Part shown: positions 36,484 to 45,364 of the stretch, piece by piece
Layout of the letters: every line of letters begins with the position of its first letter
How positions within the stretch are numbered: the stretch's first letter is position 1
Notes under the pieces: generated by a model
What the model saw: the letters and a program-made list of their open reading frames with translations, nothing else
Database searches by the model: none
What the model was told of the DNA's origin: nothing
Translations under genes and position numbers: made by a program
NCBI GenBank assembly: GCA_002683135.1
Contig: NYSS01000005.1
Location: forward strand, 35,473 to 99,472
Length of the DNA: 64,000 nt
Origin: Planctomycetota bacterium
GTDB lineage: Bacteria; Planctomycetota; GCA-002687715
Reading direction: 5' to 3'

Positions 36484-38091
36484 ATGAAGCGATACATCGG
36501 CCTCCCCCTCTTGCTGCTGTGCGCCTGCTCGGGCACCAGCGTCAAGTTCTTTGACAGCACGCTCATCGAGGGTCGGGGGCAGCCGCCGCGCGAGTCCATT
36601 CGCCCGATCGTCTGGGGCGGTGGCCTGCCGCTGAAGTCATTTGATCCCAACGGCGCCGCCGGGTGGTGCGAGGTCACGTCTCTCCTCCATGCGCGGCTAT
36701 TCACCACTGATACGCGCGGGCGGCTCTCCAACGACCTCGCCGCAGACGCCCGGACGGAAGGCGACGGGCGCACATGGATTATCCGGTTGCGCGACGATGG
36801 CCGGTGGCACGACGGTGCGGCGGTCACGGCCAGGGACGTCATGGCGACATGGAGGGCCCTCGCCGCAGATCCGAAGTCGGAGACACGGCGGAATCTCGTC
36901 GACGTCGCGGGTGTCGTCTCGGTCGAAGCCAGCGGGGACAGCGTCCGCTTCAACCTGTCCCGCCCCTTCCCTGAGTTGGCCGACATCCTCACCGAGATGG
37001 CTGTCCTGCCCGCGCATATCATCGGCGCGGGGCCCGGGGCCATAGAGAAGCTGCCGATCGGCGCCGGCCCATTCCGGCTTGTAAGACAATCGCCGGGGAC
37101 ATTCGCAATGGCCCCGCACGTGCAATGGCACGGCGGCGGCGTGCGCCCACCAGCGTTGGTCCTCAAGATCATCGAGGACGACCGAGAGCGCGCTCGTGCC
37201 CTGGCCGGTGGCATGGTCGACGCGGCGCACGTCAAGCCGGAGAGCTTGGCCCTGGTCGGCGATCCGGCGCGCTTCCGGGTGCACCGCGCGTCCTCCGGCG
37301 TGATCCGCGCCATGCCTCTCGACGCGCGCGCGCCGGGGCTGGCCAACCCTCGCGTGCGCCGTGCGCTCGCCGCGCTCGTCGACCGCGGGGAGCTGATCAA
37401 GGAAGCCCTCGGCGGGTTCGGCCGGCCAGCATGGCAACTCCTCGCGCCCGGCAGTCCGGGCTTCGTCTCGTCTCTTGACCAGTCGCGCATGACGCACGAC
37501 GAAGCGACCGCGCTGCTGGATGCCGCCGGGTGGCCCGTAAGCGAAGGCGGCTTGCGCAAGAAGAACGGCGAGACCCTCAAGGTGCGCGTCGTCGGGTGGC
37601 AGGGCGAGGCATTCAGACGCAAAGCCAGCGACCTCATCGTCAAGACGTGGCGCGCCGCCGGCGTAGATGCTGAGGTCATCCCTGTCGATCACGCCGGCTA
37701 CACCGCCCTCGCCCAGGATCTGGGTGGCCGCGCCGAGGCGTTCGTCGGCGGCTGGGGCGCGCTCCGCATGCCCGTGACGGTCCTCGCTCGCAAGGTCGGC
37801 ACGGACGGCGCCCAGAACCGGGGGCACTTTTCCCACCCCGGCATCGACAAGGCGCTGGGCGACGCGGCGGCGTCCGCGTTGAACGCCGACCGCATGGCGA
37901 GCGTGCGCGAGATCCAGCTCATGCTCGACGAACAGGTCCCCTGGATACCGCTCGCCTACCCCGACTACCTGTTCGCGGTGCGCGTGGAGATCGAGGGCCT
38001 GACCTTTGGGCTGGTGGACTCCTGGTACGAATGGCCGCGCCACCTGTGGCGCGCGCGGTGGAAGGCCGAGGCGGGATCGCAGCGTCGATAG
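36484..38091 (+). CDS. ABC transporter substrate-binding lipoprotein, family 5 (peptide/nickel type)
   Basis: The ATG at 36484 lies 1 nt after the nadK stop. MKRYIGLPLLLLCACSG is a lipobox. WHDGAAVTARDV, GAGPFRL and overall length fit SBP family 5. Confidence 0.8.
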   Translation: MKRYIGLPLLLLCACSGTSVKFFDSTLIEGRGQPPRESIRPIVWGGGLPLKSFDPNGAAGWCEVTSLLHARLFTTDTRGRLSNDLAADARTEGDGRTWIIRLRDDGRWHDGAAVTARDVMATWRALAADPKSETRRNLVDVAGVVSVEASGDSVRFNLSRPFPELADILTEMAVLPAHIIGAGPGAIEKLPIGAGPFRLVRQSPGTFAMAPHVQWHGGGVRPPALVLKIIEDDRERARALAGGMVDAAHVKPESLALVGDPARFRVHRASSGVIRAMPLDARAPGLANPRVRRALAALVDRGELIKEALGGFGRPAWQLLAPGSPGFVSSLDQSRMTHDEATALLDAAGWPVSEGGLRKKNGETLKVRVVGWQGEAFRRKASDLIVKTWRAAGVDAEVIPVDHAGYTALAQDLGGRAEAFVGGWGALRMPVTVLARKVGTDGAQNRGHFSHPGIDKALGDAAASALNADRMASVREIQLMLDEQVPWIPLAYPDYLFAVRVEIEGLTFGLVDSWYEWPRHLWRARWKAEAGSQRR

Positions 38092-38172
38092 GGGCGCCGG
38101 AATGAGTCGCGGCCCGGAGGCGTGTCGCGCTCTCCGGGCCGCCATGAGCGGTGCTCGCAGGGCGCCCTGCGG

Positions 38173-38583
38173 CTACTCCGCGATGGTGCTCGCCAGGTGC
38201 CCCTGCTTCTCCAGGAGCGCCGCCCCGTCATCCTTGACCGCGCCCTGGACGAGGACGTAGCCCTTGATGGGTTTTTGCGGGTTTTGCTGCTGCAGGACAC
38301 CGACCATCTTCAGGAACGCGTCCGCATCTTTAGCGTTGAAGCCAGACTTCTTCGGCCAAGGCAGCAGCGCCCAGGTCGCTGTCCGGGAGCGAGCAACCAC
38401 TATGGGCTCCTTGCCTTTGCCCCCGATGTCCGTGGGCTCCACCTCCTTGATCTCTGTGAATCGGGGAAGGCGAATGGTCTCCTTCTCCAACAAGATGGGT
38501 GATCCCTTCTTCAGGCGACGGATCAGCCCCTCACTATGCATCAGTTCGCTCAACGACAATCTCCACGATCCTGGGGCCGACAT
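38173..38583 (-). CDS. Hypothetical lysine-rich protein in a locally lower-GC segment
   Basis: The ORF reads protein-like from MSAPGSW (ATG 38583) or MHSEGLI (ATG 38541): ...LIRRLKKGSPILLEKETIRLPRFTEIKEVEP...IKGYVLVQGAVKDDGAALLEKQG. No family recognised. Confidence 0.45.
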   Translation of the reverse strand: MSAPGSWRLSLSELMHSEGLIRRLKKGSPILLEKETIRLPRFTEIKEVEPTDIGGKGKEPIVVARSRTATWALLPWPKKSGFNAKDADAFLKMVGVLQQQNPQKPIKGYVLVQGAVKDDGAALLEKQGHLASTIAE

Positions 38584-38764
38584 GGGTCCGAGAGTGACTG
38601 GAGCGCGCGGTCGAGGCGCACGGGACCGGCCGGGCCAGGAAGCTTGGGTGCGGGCCAACGAAATCTTCTGGAAAGAAGCATCCTACCCGATCACCCCCCA
38701 GATAGTCAACCTGGAGCGGTGGCGGGTGCCGCCGCAAGTGGCTGCCGCACAATGCTTTGCGGGC

Positions 38765-39904
38765 CTACCCGAGGAGCGCCTGGTCGAGGTCTGCGAGGAG
38801 GTCGTCGATATGCTCGATCCCCACGGACACCCGAATGAGGTTGTCCGTGATCCCGCGGGCGCGGCGCTGCTCCGCCGGGACTGACGCGTGGGTCATGATG
38901 GCCGGGTGCTCTATGAGGCTCTCGACCCCACCGAGGCTCTCGGCGAGGACAAAGAGTTTGGTCTTGGAGCAGACGCGGCAGGCCTTCTCCTGGTTGCCGC
39001 GTACCCGGAAACTGACGACCCCCCCGGAGCCGGTGGCCTGCCGTTGCTGAACTGCGTGCCCCGGGTGCTCTGGCAGCCCCGGCCACAACACGTCTTCCAC
39101 CGCGGAGTGCTCGACGAGGAACCGAGCCACCTGCCCCGCGTTCTCCTCGTGCGCCCGCATGCGGATGCCCAGCGTCTTGACGCCGCGCAAGGTGAGCCAG
39201 GAGTCGAAGGGCCCCGGCACCGCGCCGACCGCATTCTGGGCGAAGGCGAGGCGGTCCGCGAGGTCGTCGTCGTTGGTGGCGACGAACCCACCAACGACAT
39301 CGCTGTGGCCGCCTATGTACTTGGTGGTCGAGTGAACGACGAGATCGGCGCCGAGCTCTAACGGGCGCTGCAGCGCGGGGCTCATGAACGTGTTGTCGAC
39401 CGCGAGCAGGAGGCCGTGTGCGTGCGCCAACTCTGCGAGCTTCACGAGATCACTCACCACCAGCAGCGGGTTCGTCGGCGTCTCGACCCAGATCATCTTC
39501 GTCGCGGGCCGGATCGCCGCTTCAACCGCTTCGAGGTCAGAAGTGTCAACGTGTGTGTAGTGCAACCCGAAGCCGCGGAACACCGTGCCGAACACGCGGG
39601 AGGTCCCGCCGTACACATCGTCGGTGGAGATGATGTGGTCGCCCGATTCGAACAAAGTCATAACCGTCGACGTCGCGGCCATGCCCGACGCGAAGGCGAC
39701 GCCGTGCCCCGCACCCTCGAGGGCGGCGACGCATGTCTGCAGGGCGTCACGGGTCGGGTTGCTGGTCCGCGTGTATTCGTGGCCCAGGTCGCGCCCTGGC
39801 TCAGGTTGCGCGTACGTCGACGTCTGGTAGATCGGCACCACGACGGCACCGGTGAGTTTATCGGGCTCTTGCCCCGCATGGATGGCCCGCGTTTCAAACT
39901 TCAT
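38765..39904 (-). CDS. Cys/Met-metabolism PLP enzyme (cystathionine gamma-synthase/gamma-lyase/beta-lyase family)
   Basis: TRAIHAGQEPD, PIYQTSTY, and STTKYIGGHSDVVGG (PLP lysine). The ATG overlaps the upstream stop (ATGA). Confidence 0.85.
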   Translation of the reverse strand: MKFETRAIHAGQEPDKLTGAVVVPIYQTSTYAQPEPGRDLGHEYTRTSNPTRDALQTCVAALEGAGHGVAFASGMAATSTVMTLFESGDHIISTDDVYGGTSRVFGTVFRGFGLHYTHVDTSDLEAVEAAIRPATKMIWVETPTNPLLVVSDLVKLAELAHAHGLLLAVDNTFMSPALQRPLELGADLVVHSTTKYIGGHSDVVGGFVATNDDDLADRLAFAQNAVGAVPGPFDSWLTLRGVKTLGIRMRAHEENAGQVARFLVEHSAVEDVLWPGLPEHPGHAVQQRQATGSGGVVSFRVRGNQEKACRVCSKTKLFVLAESLGGVESLIEHPAIMTHASVPAEQRRARGITDNLIRVSVGIEHIDDLLADLDQALLG

Positions 39905-40695
39905 CTTTTCGTTTCCGTGGGGTTAAGAAGCGAGGCGCCTCCTGTCGCTCGGCGATAGCGTTCGACGAGGAGCCTCCCGATGCGAAAATGCGCGTGCGGC
40001 TGGTGATGATCGCTCTCGAGCGACTTGCGATATAGCTCGAGAGCCTCCTCAGCTTTGTCCAACTTCTCGGCAGAGCGCGCGCGCACGTTGAGGACCTTGG
40101 GGTTGGACGCGAGGCGGCCAGACACCCCGGCGAGCAAGGCGCGGGCGCTCTTGTAGTCTCGCTCGAGATAGCAAAGGCGCCCCAGATACAAGCGTGGAAA
40201 TGTCAGCTTGGGCCGCGCGGCGTGGAGCTTTCGCAGGCGACTCTCTCGCGCCCGCGCCTCTTCGATCGGCGTCGTCAAGCGGACATGCAGGGCAAAAGAA
40301 AGCGCCCGGTACAACGGAACGCGAACCGTCTCTTCGATAGCTCCCCCCCGCGCGAGGAAGGTGATGTAGACATCCAACGCCTCGTCATCCGTTCGCTTCT
40401 GCTCGACCGCCAGTTCTCGCACCAGGGCTCCCGCAGCGCGACCCTCGTGCAAGCCGTTCGCGAACAGGGCAGGCAGCCGCTCGGTCCACGCGGACGGCTT
40501 CCCCGCTCGCTGTGCCGCATCGAAAAGCGCGTCAGAGAGGGGGCCCAGAATCGACGCGGACCGACCATCACTCGGGTCCTCGCCGTCTAGCGCGTCGATT
40601 CCCTTGCCGAGCGCCGCTATGGCGCGACGCAGTCGGCCGCCCTCAGCATGCGCGCGGCCTTTCTCAAGTTGATCACGCGCGCGGTCATGCTGCAT
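39901..40695 (-). CDS. TPR-like helical repeat protein
   Basis: Start taken at MQHDRARDQLEKG (ATG 40695). Helical repeats (YLGRLCYLERDYKSARALL, AEEALELYRKSLESD). The upstream part of the longest ORF is P/R/T-rich and was rejected. Confidence 0.6.
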   Translation of the reverse strand: MQHDRARDQLEKGRAHAEGGRLRRAIAALGKGIDALDGEDPSDGRSASILGPLSDALFDAAQRAGKPSAWTERLPALFANGLHEGRAAGALVRELAVEQKRTDDEALDVYITFLARGGAIEETVRVPLYRALSFALHVRLTTPIEEARARESRLRKLHAARPKLTFPRLYLGRLCYLERDYKSARALLAGVSGRLASNPKVLNVRARSAEKLDKAEEALELYRKSLESDHHQPHAHFRIGRLLVERYRRATGGASLLNPTETKR

Positions 40696-41635
40696 CGTCG
40701 GGGTCCTCGTCGGACAGGTCTTTGATGTGGGAGGCGGAGTCGAGATCGCCCTCCGGAGACGACTGCAGCAACTCCATCTCCGCGGCCGACTCGTCCTGGT
40801 CGTCTTCGGAGGCGAGGACCTGCGTGGCATCGACGACGATTGCCGTAACCAGTTCGGTCATCGGCGCAGCGCGGATCGGCGATGCCTTCGAGTTTAGTTC
40901 GGCCACGACGCGATCCGCCTCAACGGTCAAGGTGGGGTCGACCCGCGCTTCTTGCAGCGCGAGCACGGCCTCGTCGCGGCGCTCCAGCTGCACCAACGCG
41001 TAGGCGCGGCGCAAGGCGACCTCACTCGCCGTCGGCCACGAGAGGTTGTCGAACGCCAGCAAGGCCGCGTCGGGTTCGCCGAGCTCGACGAGCACGCACC
41101 CGCGCAGGTAGCGCCATGCGCGCGCCTCCCGCGGGGCGTCCATGCTATCGAGGACCTCGCGCGCTTCGACAAGCGATCCGTGGTCGCCTGCGCGCGCCCG
41201 GTCAACCAGGTGCGTCGCGAGGCGCAGGCGATAAGGCTCGCTCGACGGCGCGAGGCTGATCGCCTGCCGCAAGTCTTCAATGGCGCCGGCCACGTCCCCG
41301 GTTGCGGTGCGGGCCTCGGCCCGCAGGAAGTGTCCGCGATGAAACGCGGACGTCTCCCCGAGGGCCATGGTCGCGACCTGAGCGGCCTCGGCGGGTCGGT
41401 CGAGCCGCAAGAGCGCGAAGGCCATCAGGCTCGCGATCCGGGGATGCGGCTCCTGCTGGAGGCTGCTCTGGAGTGGCGCCAGGCCCGCCTCCGGATCGCC
41501 CCGCAATAGCCACGCCTCGCCCAAGAGACCCGAGTAGCGCGCATTCCCTGGCGACAGGCGGACCGCCTGCTCAAGGTGCGCGATGGCGACCTCGAGGTCG
41601 TGCCCGGGCTCCTCGTTGTCTGCCTGCAATCCCAT
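40685..41635 (-). CDS. TPR repeat protein with acidic C-terminal tail
   Basis: Repeats such as AIAHLEQAVRLSPGNARY and AIEDLRQAISLAPSSEPY. The C-terminal 50 aa are D/E/S-rich. Confidence 0.7.
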   Translation of the reverse strand: MGLQADNEEPGHDLEVAIAHLEQAVRLSPGNARYSGLLGEAWLLRGDPEAGLAPLQSSLQQEPHPRIASLMAFALLRLDRPAEAAQVATMALGETSAFHRGHFLRAEARTATGDVAGAIEDLRQAISLAPSSEPYRLRLATHLVDRARAGDHGSLVEAREVLDSMDAPREARAWRYLRGCVLVELGEPDAALLAFDNLSWPTASEVALRRAYALVQLERRDEAVLALQEARVDPTLTVEADRVVAELNSKASPIRAAPMTELVTAIVVDATQVLASEDDQDESAAEMELLQSSPEGDLDSASHIKDLSDEDPDDAA

Positions 41636-41698
41636 GGGTGCGGATCATAACGAGGCGTCCCCCAAGCATGAGGCCCGCCCATGCCCTATAACGGGCCC

Positions 41699-42355
41699 AT
41701 GGGACGCACCGCTGCCCTACTCGCTGCGGCCGCATGGCTGGCCGGCTGCGCATATGACCCCCAGGATCTGGTCGCGCTGACTCCGCCACCGGCCTATCGG
41801 GCCGCCGAAGAGCCTCTCGCCCCATTTCACGTCAGCATCGAGACCGACAGGCGTCCCCCCCAGGAGCACGGAGTACGTAAGTACCCGGGCCGATCATATC
41901 TTGGGGGTAATGCGCTCATAGAACCGACAGCTGTCTCTCTCGTGCGCGTATTGGCCCGCGATCTCGTGCTCTCGGGCGTGGCGGGCGAGGCCGGCCTCGT
42001 CGCGCGGGAGCAAGGCTACGTGCTCGGCGTCACCGTGGAGCACCTGGGCGCCAGCTATAACGACGGGGTCGAGACCCTGGTCCCCCTCCTCCCGACGTCG
42101 GCGATCAAGGCCCACTGCGAGGTGCGCCTTGTGCTACGAGACGTGGTCGGCCGGGTTTACCTCGAGCAGCTCTTCACTGTCGAACGCACGGCCGTGGCGG
42201 CGATGGTCACGGGAATAGAGTCAACCGCGGCCAAGGCCCTCGGAGGCGCGCTGCGGGCCCTGTCAGACCAGGTCCTTCCAGCCGTCGAGCAGGCCGTGCC
42301 GGCCTTCTGGAAGCGGCTCGGCAAGCCGCGCCCCGGTAAAGGCGGGGCACCGTAG
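41699..42355 (+). CDS. Lipoprotein, unknown function
   Basis: MGRTAALLAAAAWLAGCAY is a signal peptide plus lipobox. The alternative start at 41681 adds 6 aa. Confidence 0.6.
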   Translation: MGRTAALLAAAAWLAGCAYDPQDLVALTPPPAYRAAEEPLAPFHVSIETDRRPPQEHGVRKYPGRSYLGGNALIEPTAVSLVRVLARDLVLSGVAGEAGLVAREQGYVLGVTVEHLGASYNDGVETLVPLLPTSAIKAHCEVRLVLRDVVGRVYLEQLFTVERTAVAAMVTGIESTAAKALGGALRALSDQVLPAVEQAVPAFWKRLGKPRPGKGGAP

Positions 42356-42368
42356 GGGAGAGCCGCCC

Positions 42369-42959
42369 TCAGTCTTCCTCGAGCGCGACGTTCCAGTATT
42401 GCTCGCTGACGAACTTCTCCCAGGACGCCCGCCGTCGGCTCACGGTCACGGTGAGACAGGGCGACCACTTGGGTTTCGTGGCGGGCCTCAGCAAGGCCAT
42501 GCCAGCCTCTTTTGGCAACCGACTGCCTTTGCGCACGTTGCAGGAGACGCAGGCCAGAGCGCAGTTCTCCCACGTCGTCCGGCCGCCGCGACTCCTTGGG
42601 ATCACGTGGTCGATGGACAGGTCGCAGGTCGGGAGGCGGCGGCCGCAGAACTGGCAGCGGTTGCCGTCACGGCGATACAGGTTGCGGCGGCTGAACGGCA
42701 CCGAGCGGCGAGGCATGTGGTCGTGCCCCGTGAGCAAGATGATCTCTGGGACCGGGATCGCCAGCCGCACCGTCCGGATGCAGGGCTCGCCTGTCGGCAC
42801 CGCGAGATCGGCCCAGGAGGTGAGGTCGTGGGTCTCGTAGGTCTCTGGCTGGATCACCCTGGCGACGTCCCGATAGACCAGCGACAGCGCAGTCCGCACG
42901 GAGGTCGTCGAGATCGCCACCCAGGACCGGTTCAGCACAAGAGTCGGCTCATTCAACAT
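42369..42959 (-). CDS. HNH endonuclease family protein
   Basis: Start at MLNEPTLVLNRSW. The HNH core is RDGNRCQFCGRRL...SIDHVIPRSRGGRTTWENCALACVSCNVRKG. Confidence 0.8.
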   Translation of the reverse strand: MLNEPTLVLNRSWVAISTTSVRTALSLVYRDVARVIQPETYETHDLTSWADLAVPTGEPCIRTVRLAIPVPEIILLTGHDHMPRRSVPFSRRNLYRRDGNRCQFCGRRLPTCDLSIDHVIPRSRGGRTTWENCALACVSCNVRKGSRLPKEAGMALLRPATKPKWSPCLTVTVSRRRASWEKFVSEQYWNVALEED

Positions 42960-43241
42960 CTGTCGCAACCCGGAGCCTGGCGACCCCAGGCCCCCGTAAT
43001 TATACGGACCGGAGCGCACCCAGGCGGCCACGGTTGCCCCTGTGTGTCCACGAGGGTGACTCGGTGTGCCCCAGCGAGGTCAGATGTGCTGCGCACCGAA
43101 GTGGGGGCCGCCGCCCAGCGGGGGGGGCATAAGCCATGGCATCAGAACCGCTTACATCCCGATGCCCCATGCCCCCACGAACTTCGGCACGGCGGTTGCC
43201 ATATAGAACGGCGCCCACGCGGAAAGCCCAGGAGCCGAGCC

Positions 43242-43412
43242 ATGACGCAGAACCTCTACTGCAGTGGATGCCTGAAGACACGGTCGTTCGTCGCGACGGA
43301 GCGGGGCTACTGCTGCCCCGGATGTCGCAAGCTGCTCCTCGTTTCAGATCCCCCAACGGCCCGGATCCCCATCCGGCAGCCCAAAGCACCTGGTGCCCAG
43401 AAGGCGGGCTGA
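43242..43412 (+). CDS. Small zinc-ribbon protein (56 aa)
   Basis: MTQNLYCSGCLKTRSFVATERGYCCPGCRKLL has two CxxC pairs. GGAG lies 7 nt upstream of the ATG. It forms the 3' end of an otherwise spurious long ORF. Confidence 0.45.
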   Translation: MTQNLYCSGCLKTRSFVATERGYCCPGCRKLLLVSDPPTARIPIRQPKAPGAQKAG

Positions 43413-43425
43413 ATTCGGCCTGCTC

Positions 43426-43452
43426 TTGGCAGGCGCCGAGGGCTCGTATAAT
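43426..43452 (+). promoter_or_regulatory. Sigma-70-like promoter candidate
   Basis: TTGGCA (43426-43431) and a perfect TATAAT (43447-43452), with a short 15-nt spacer. GGAGG at 43470-43474 lies 9 nt before the ATG at 43484. Confidence 0.4.
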
Positions 43453-43483
43453 GACCTCTCTTCTCGTACGGAGGGTCGGTCAG

Positions 43484-43957
43484 ATGCGGGATTCCCAGCG
43501 GTTCGCGATGGTTATGTGTTGTGGCGCGCTCGCGTTGCTCCTCACTGCGTGTGATTCGATAGAAAATCCCAGGACGCTCGCCCCAGGGGAGCCCGCGATT
43601 GCGGAGACGCGCTCCCTGGAACTCCAGCGCTCCCAGTTCGAAGATATTCCCGTCCCCCAGGGCTTCGAATTTGTCACCCGGGGCAATCGCTCGTTCAGCT
43701 ACTCGCGCGGGGGCGTGCGGGTTGGCCGATTCGTGTACTGGGGGCGCAAAGGGGGGGCCGACGGCGTTGCGGAGGCCGCGGCCTTCTTTCGCCGTACCAT
43801 GAAGCTAAGGGCCTACGGGTGGCAGCTCCGATCCCAGGACATCGGAGAGGACTCCACGACCTTCGCCTTCAGCAAAAACCACATAGACTGCACCGTGACC
43901 ATCACACACGAAAAGGTTGGTACATACGTGCGGATCGATATGGCAGGACCCGCATAG
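43484..43957 (+). CDS. Lipoprotein, unknown function
   Basis: MRDSQRFAMVMCCGALALLLTACDS (lipobox), preceded by GGAGG. 157 aa. Confidence 0.65.
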   Translation: MRDSQRFAMVMCCGALALLLTACDSIENPRTLAPGEPAIAETRSLELQRSQFEDIPVPQGFEFVTRGNRSFSYSRGGVRVGRFVYWGRKGGADGVAEAAAFFRRTMKLRAYGWQLRSQDIGEDSTTFAFSKNHIDCTVTITHEKVGTYVRIDMAGPA

Positions 43958-43963
43958 AGGCCT

Positions 43964-45334
43964 ATGGCCACCATGACACAGAACAAGAAACCGGAACCCG
44001 AGGGCGCCCCGGACGCGCCGCGCTCGGCCAATGTCTTCGACCGCTTCAACGATGGGCTGGCCGAAAACCCCAAGAAGTACGCGACATGGACGGTGGCGAT
44101 CTTCGTCGCCATCCTTGGCGGTATTGTCGCCGTTCAGTACTTCCGCGACAGCGGAGCCGAAGAGCAAGACGCGGCCTACAGGGCGGTCCTGCGCGCCGGC
44201 GGGACCTGGTCGGAGGCGCAGTCTGCGGGCGTGGAGATCGACGCCTCGAGGACAAGCGGAGAGATTCTCGCGGCCCTTGGCGACGTCAGGGATGAGGTCC
44301 AGGGCACCGAATACGCGCCCTACTACTACTGGCTCCTGAGCCGGGCAGCTTTTCGAGCTGCCGAGGAAGAGGACGACGCGGAGAAGAAGCTCGGGCTCTT
44401 CCGCCAAGCCCAGGCTGCCTGCGAAACGCTCATAAGCGACTATGCGGACACGCCTTGGGTTAAGACCCCCTGGAAATCTTCTGGCAACCCGGAGGTCGTT
44501 GAGCCGAGCCTCGTTCACCGGCGCCTTGTCTATTGCAAGGCCCAGTCCGAGTTCATCGAGGCTAACCGGCGTGACCTTTCGGGCGACATCGTGCCCGACG
44601 AGGGTGTCAGCGTCACCCTGACCCTCAAGGACGCCAACGACGCAGAAGCTGAGCCTAAGGTCCTGAAGATTGAGGTCTTCAGTAAAGCGGCCCCCTACGC
44701 CGTTGCCCGGCTCAAGGCGAACATCGACTCCGGCTACTGGAAGGGCCGACACGTCTATGGCCTGCAGGAGAACGACGAGAACACGGCGACCAACGACGGC
44801 GTCCTCTTGGGTTCGCCCATGAGCCAGTCCCCATGGGCCTGGGAGCAGCATGGCGGCGAAGATGACTGGGTCCAGTGCACCCTGCCCCTCGAGCCGAACC
44901 GCCTGAGCCCCGATCGCGGAACGGTCGCGTTCGAATTGCACCGCGACAAGGCCGCGATTTCAGGCGCGAGCCCGACCAACCTCGTGATCCACACCTCGGA
45001 CCACGCGCGGCCCCGTGATGGTCAGGGCCGAGTGGTCTTCGGGAAGGTTGCGGAAGAGAGCGAAGAGACCCTGGCGTGGCTTGAAAACCTCGCCTGTGAC
45101 AACGAAAAGCGCCTCAGCACACCCCCGTCCGCTGGAGCCAACTACGCCCCCAAGCTCACCTTGGTGATCTCAGGCGTCTCCATTGAGGGCGCCCCGAAGA
45201 CCGCTCCGCACCCACCCCTCGATCTGTCTCACTGGAAGGACCCGGAACAGCCGGAACAGCCAGAGAAAACCGAGGGCGACAAGACCGACGACGGCAAGAA
45301 AGCCGACGGGGGCGACAAGAAGCAAGACAAGTAG
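43964..45334 (+). CDS. Membrane-anchored protein with divergent cyclophilin-like domain and K/D/E-rich tail
   Basis: TM segment WTVAIFVAILGGIVAV. KIEVFSKAAPYAVARLKANIDSGYWKGRHVYGL, DRGTVAFE and VVFGKV resemble the cyclophilin PPIase pattern. The match is weak. Confidence 0.55.
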   Translation: MATMTQNKKPEPEGAPDAPRSANVFDRFNDGLAENPKKYATWTVAIFVAILGGIVAVQYFRDSGAEEQDAAYRAVLRAGGTWSEAQSAGVEIDASRTSGEILAALGDVRDEVQGTEYAPYYYWLLSRAAFRAAEEEDDAEKKLGLFRQAQAACETLISDYADTPWVKTPWKSSGNPEVVEPSLVHRRLVYCKAQSEFIEANRRDLSGDIVPDEGVSVTLTLKDANDAEAEPKVLKIEVFSKAAPYAVARLKANIDSGYWKGRHVYGLQENDENTATNDGVLLGSPMSQSPWAWEQHGGEDDWVQCTLPLEPNRLSPDRGTVAFELHRDKAAISGASPTNLVIHTSDHARPRDGQGRVVFGKVAEESEETLAWLENLACDNEKRLSTPPSAGANYAPKLTLVISGVSIEGAPKTAPHPPLDLSHWKDPEQPEQPEKTEGDKTDDGKKADGGDKKQDK

Positions 45335-45364
45335 GGGCCCCCCGCCCTCGGCAGCCATAAACCC

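Noticed and set aside
43120-43127. A G8 homopolymer lies in the divergent promoter region between the HNH gene and the zinc-ribbon ORF. It could be a phase-variation tract.
   Set aside because: Equally long G runs occur inside ordinary coding sequence in this window (for example around nt 499-506). The tract is therefore not exceptional for this base composition.
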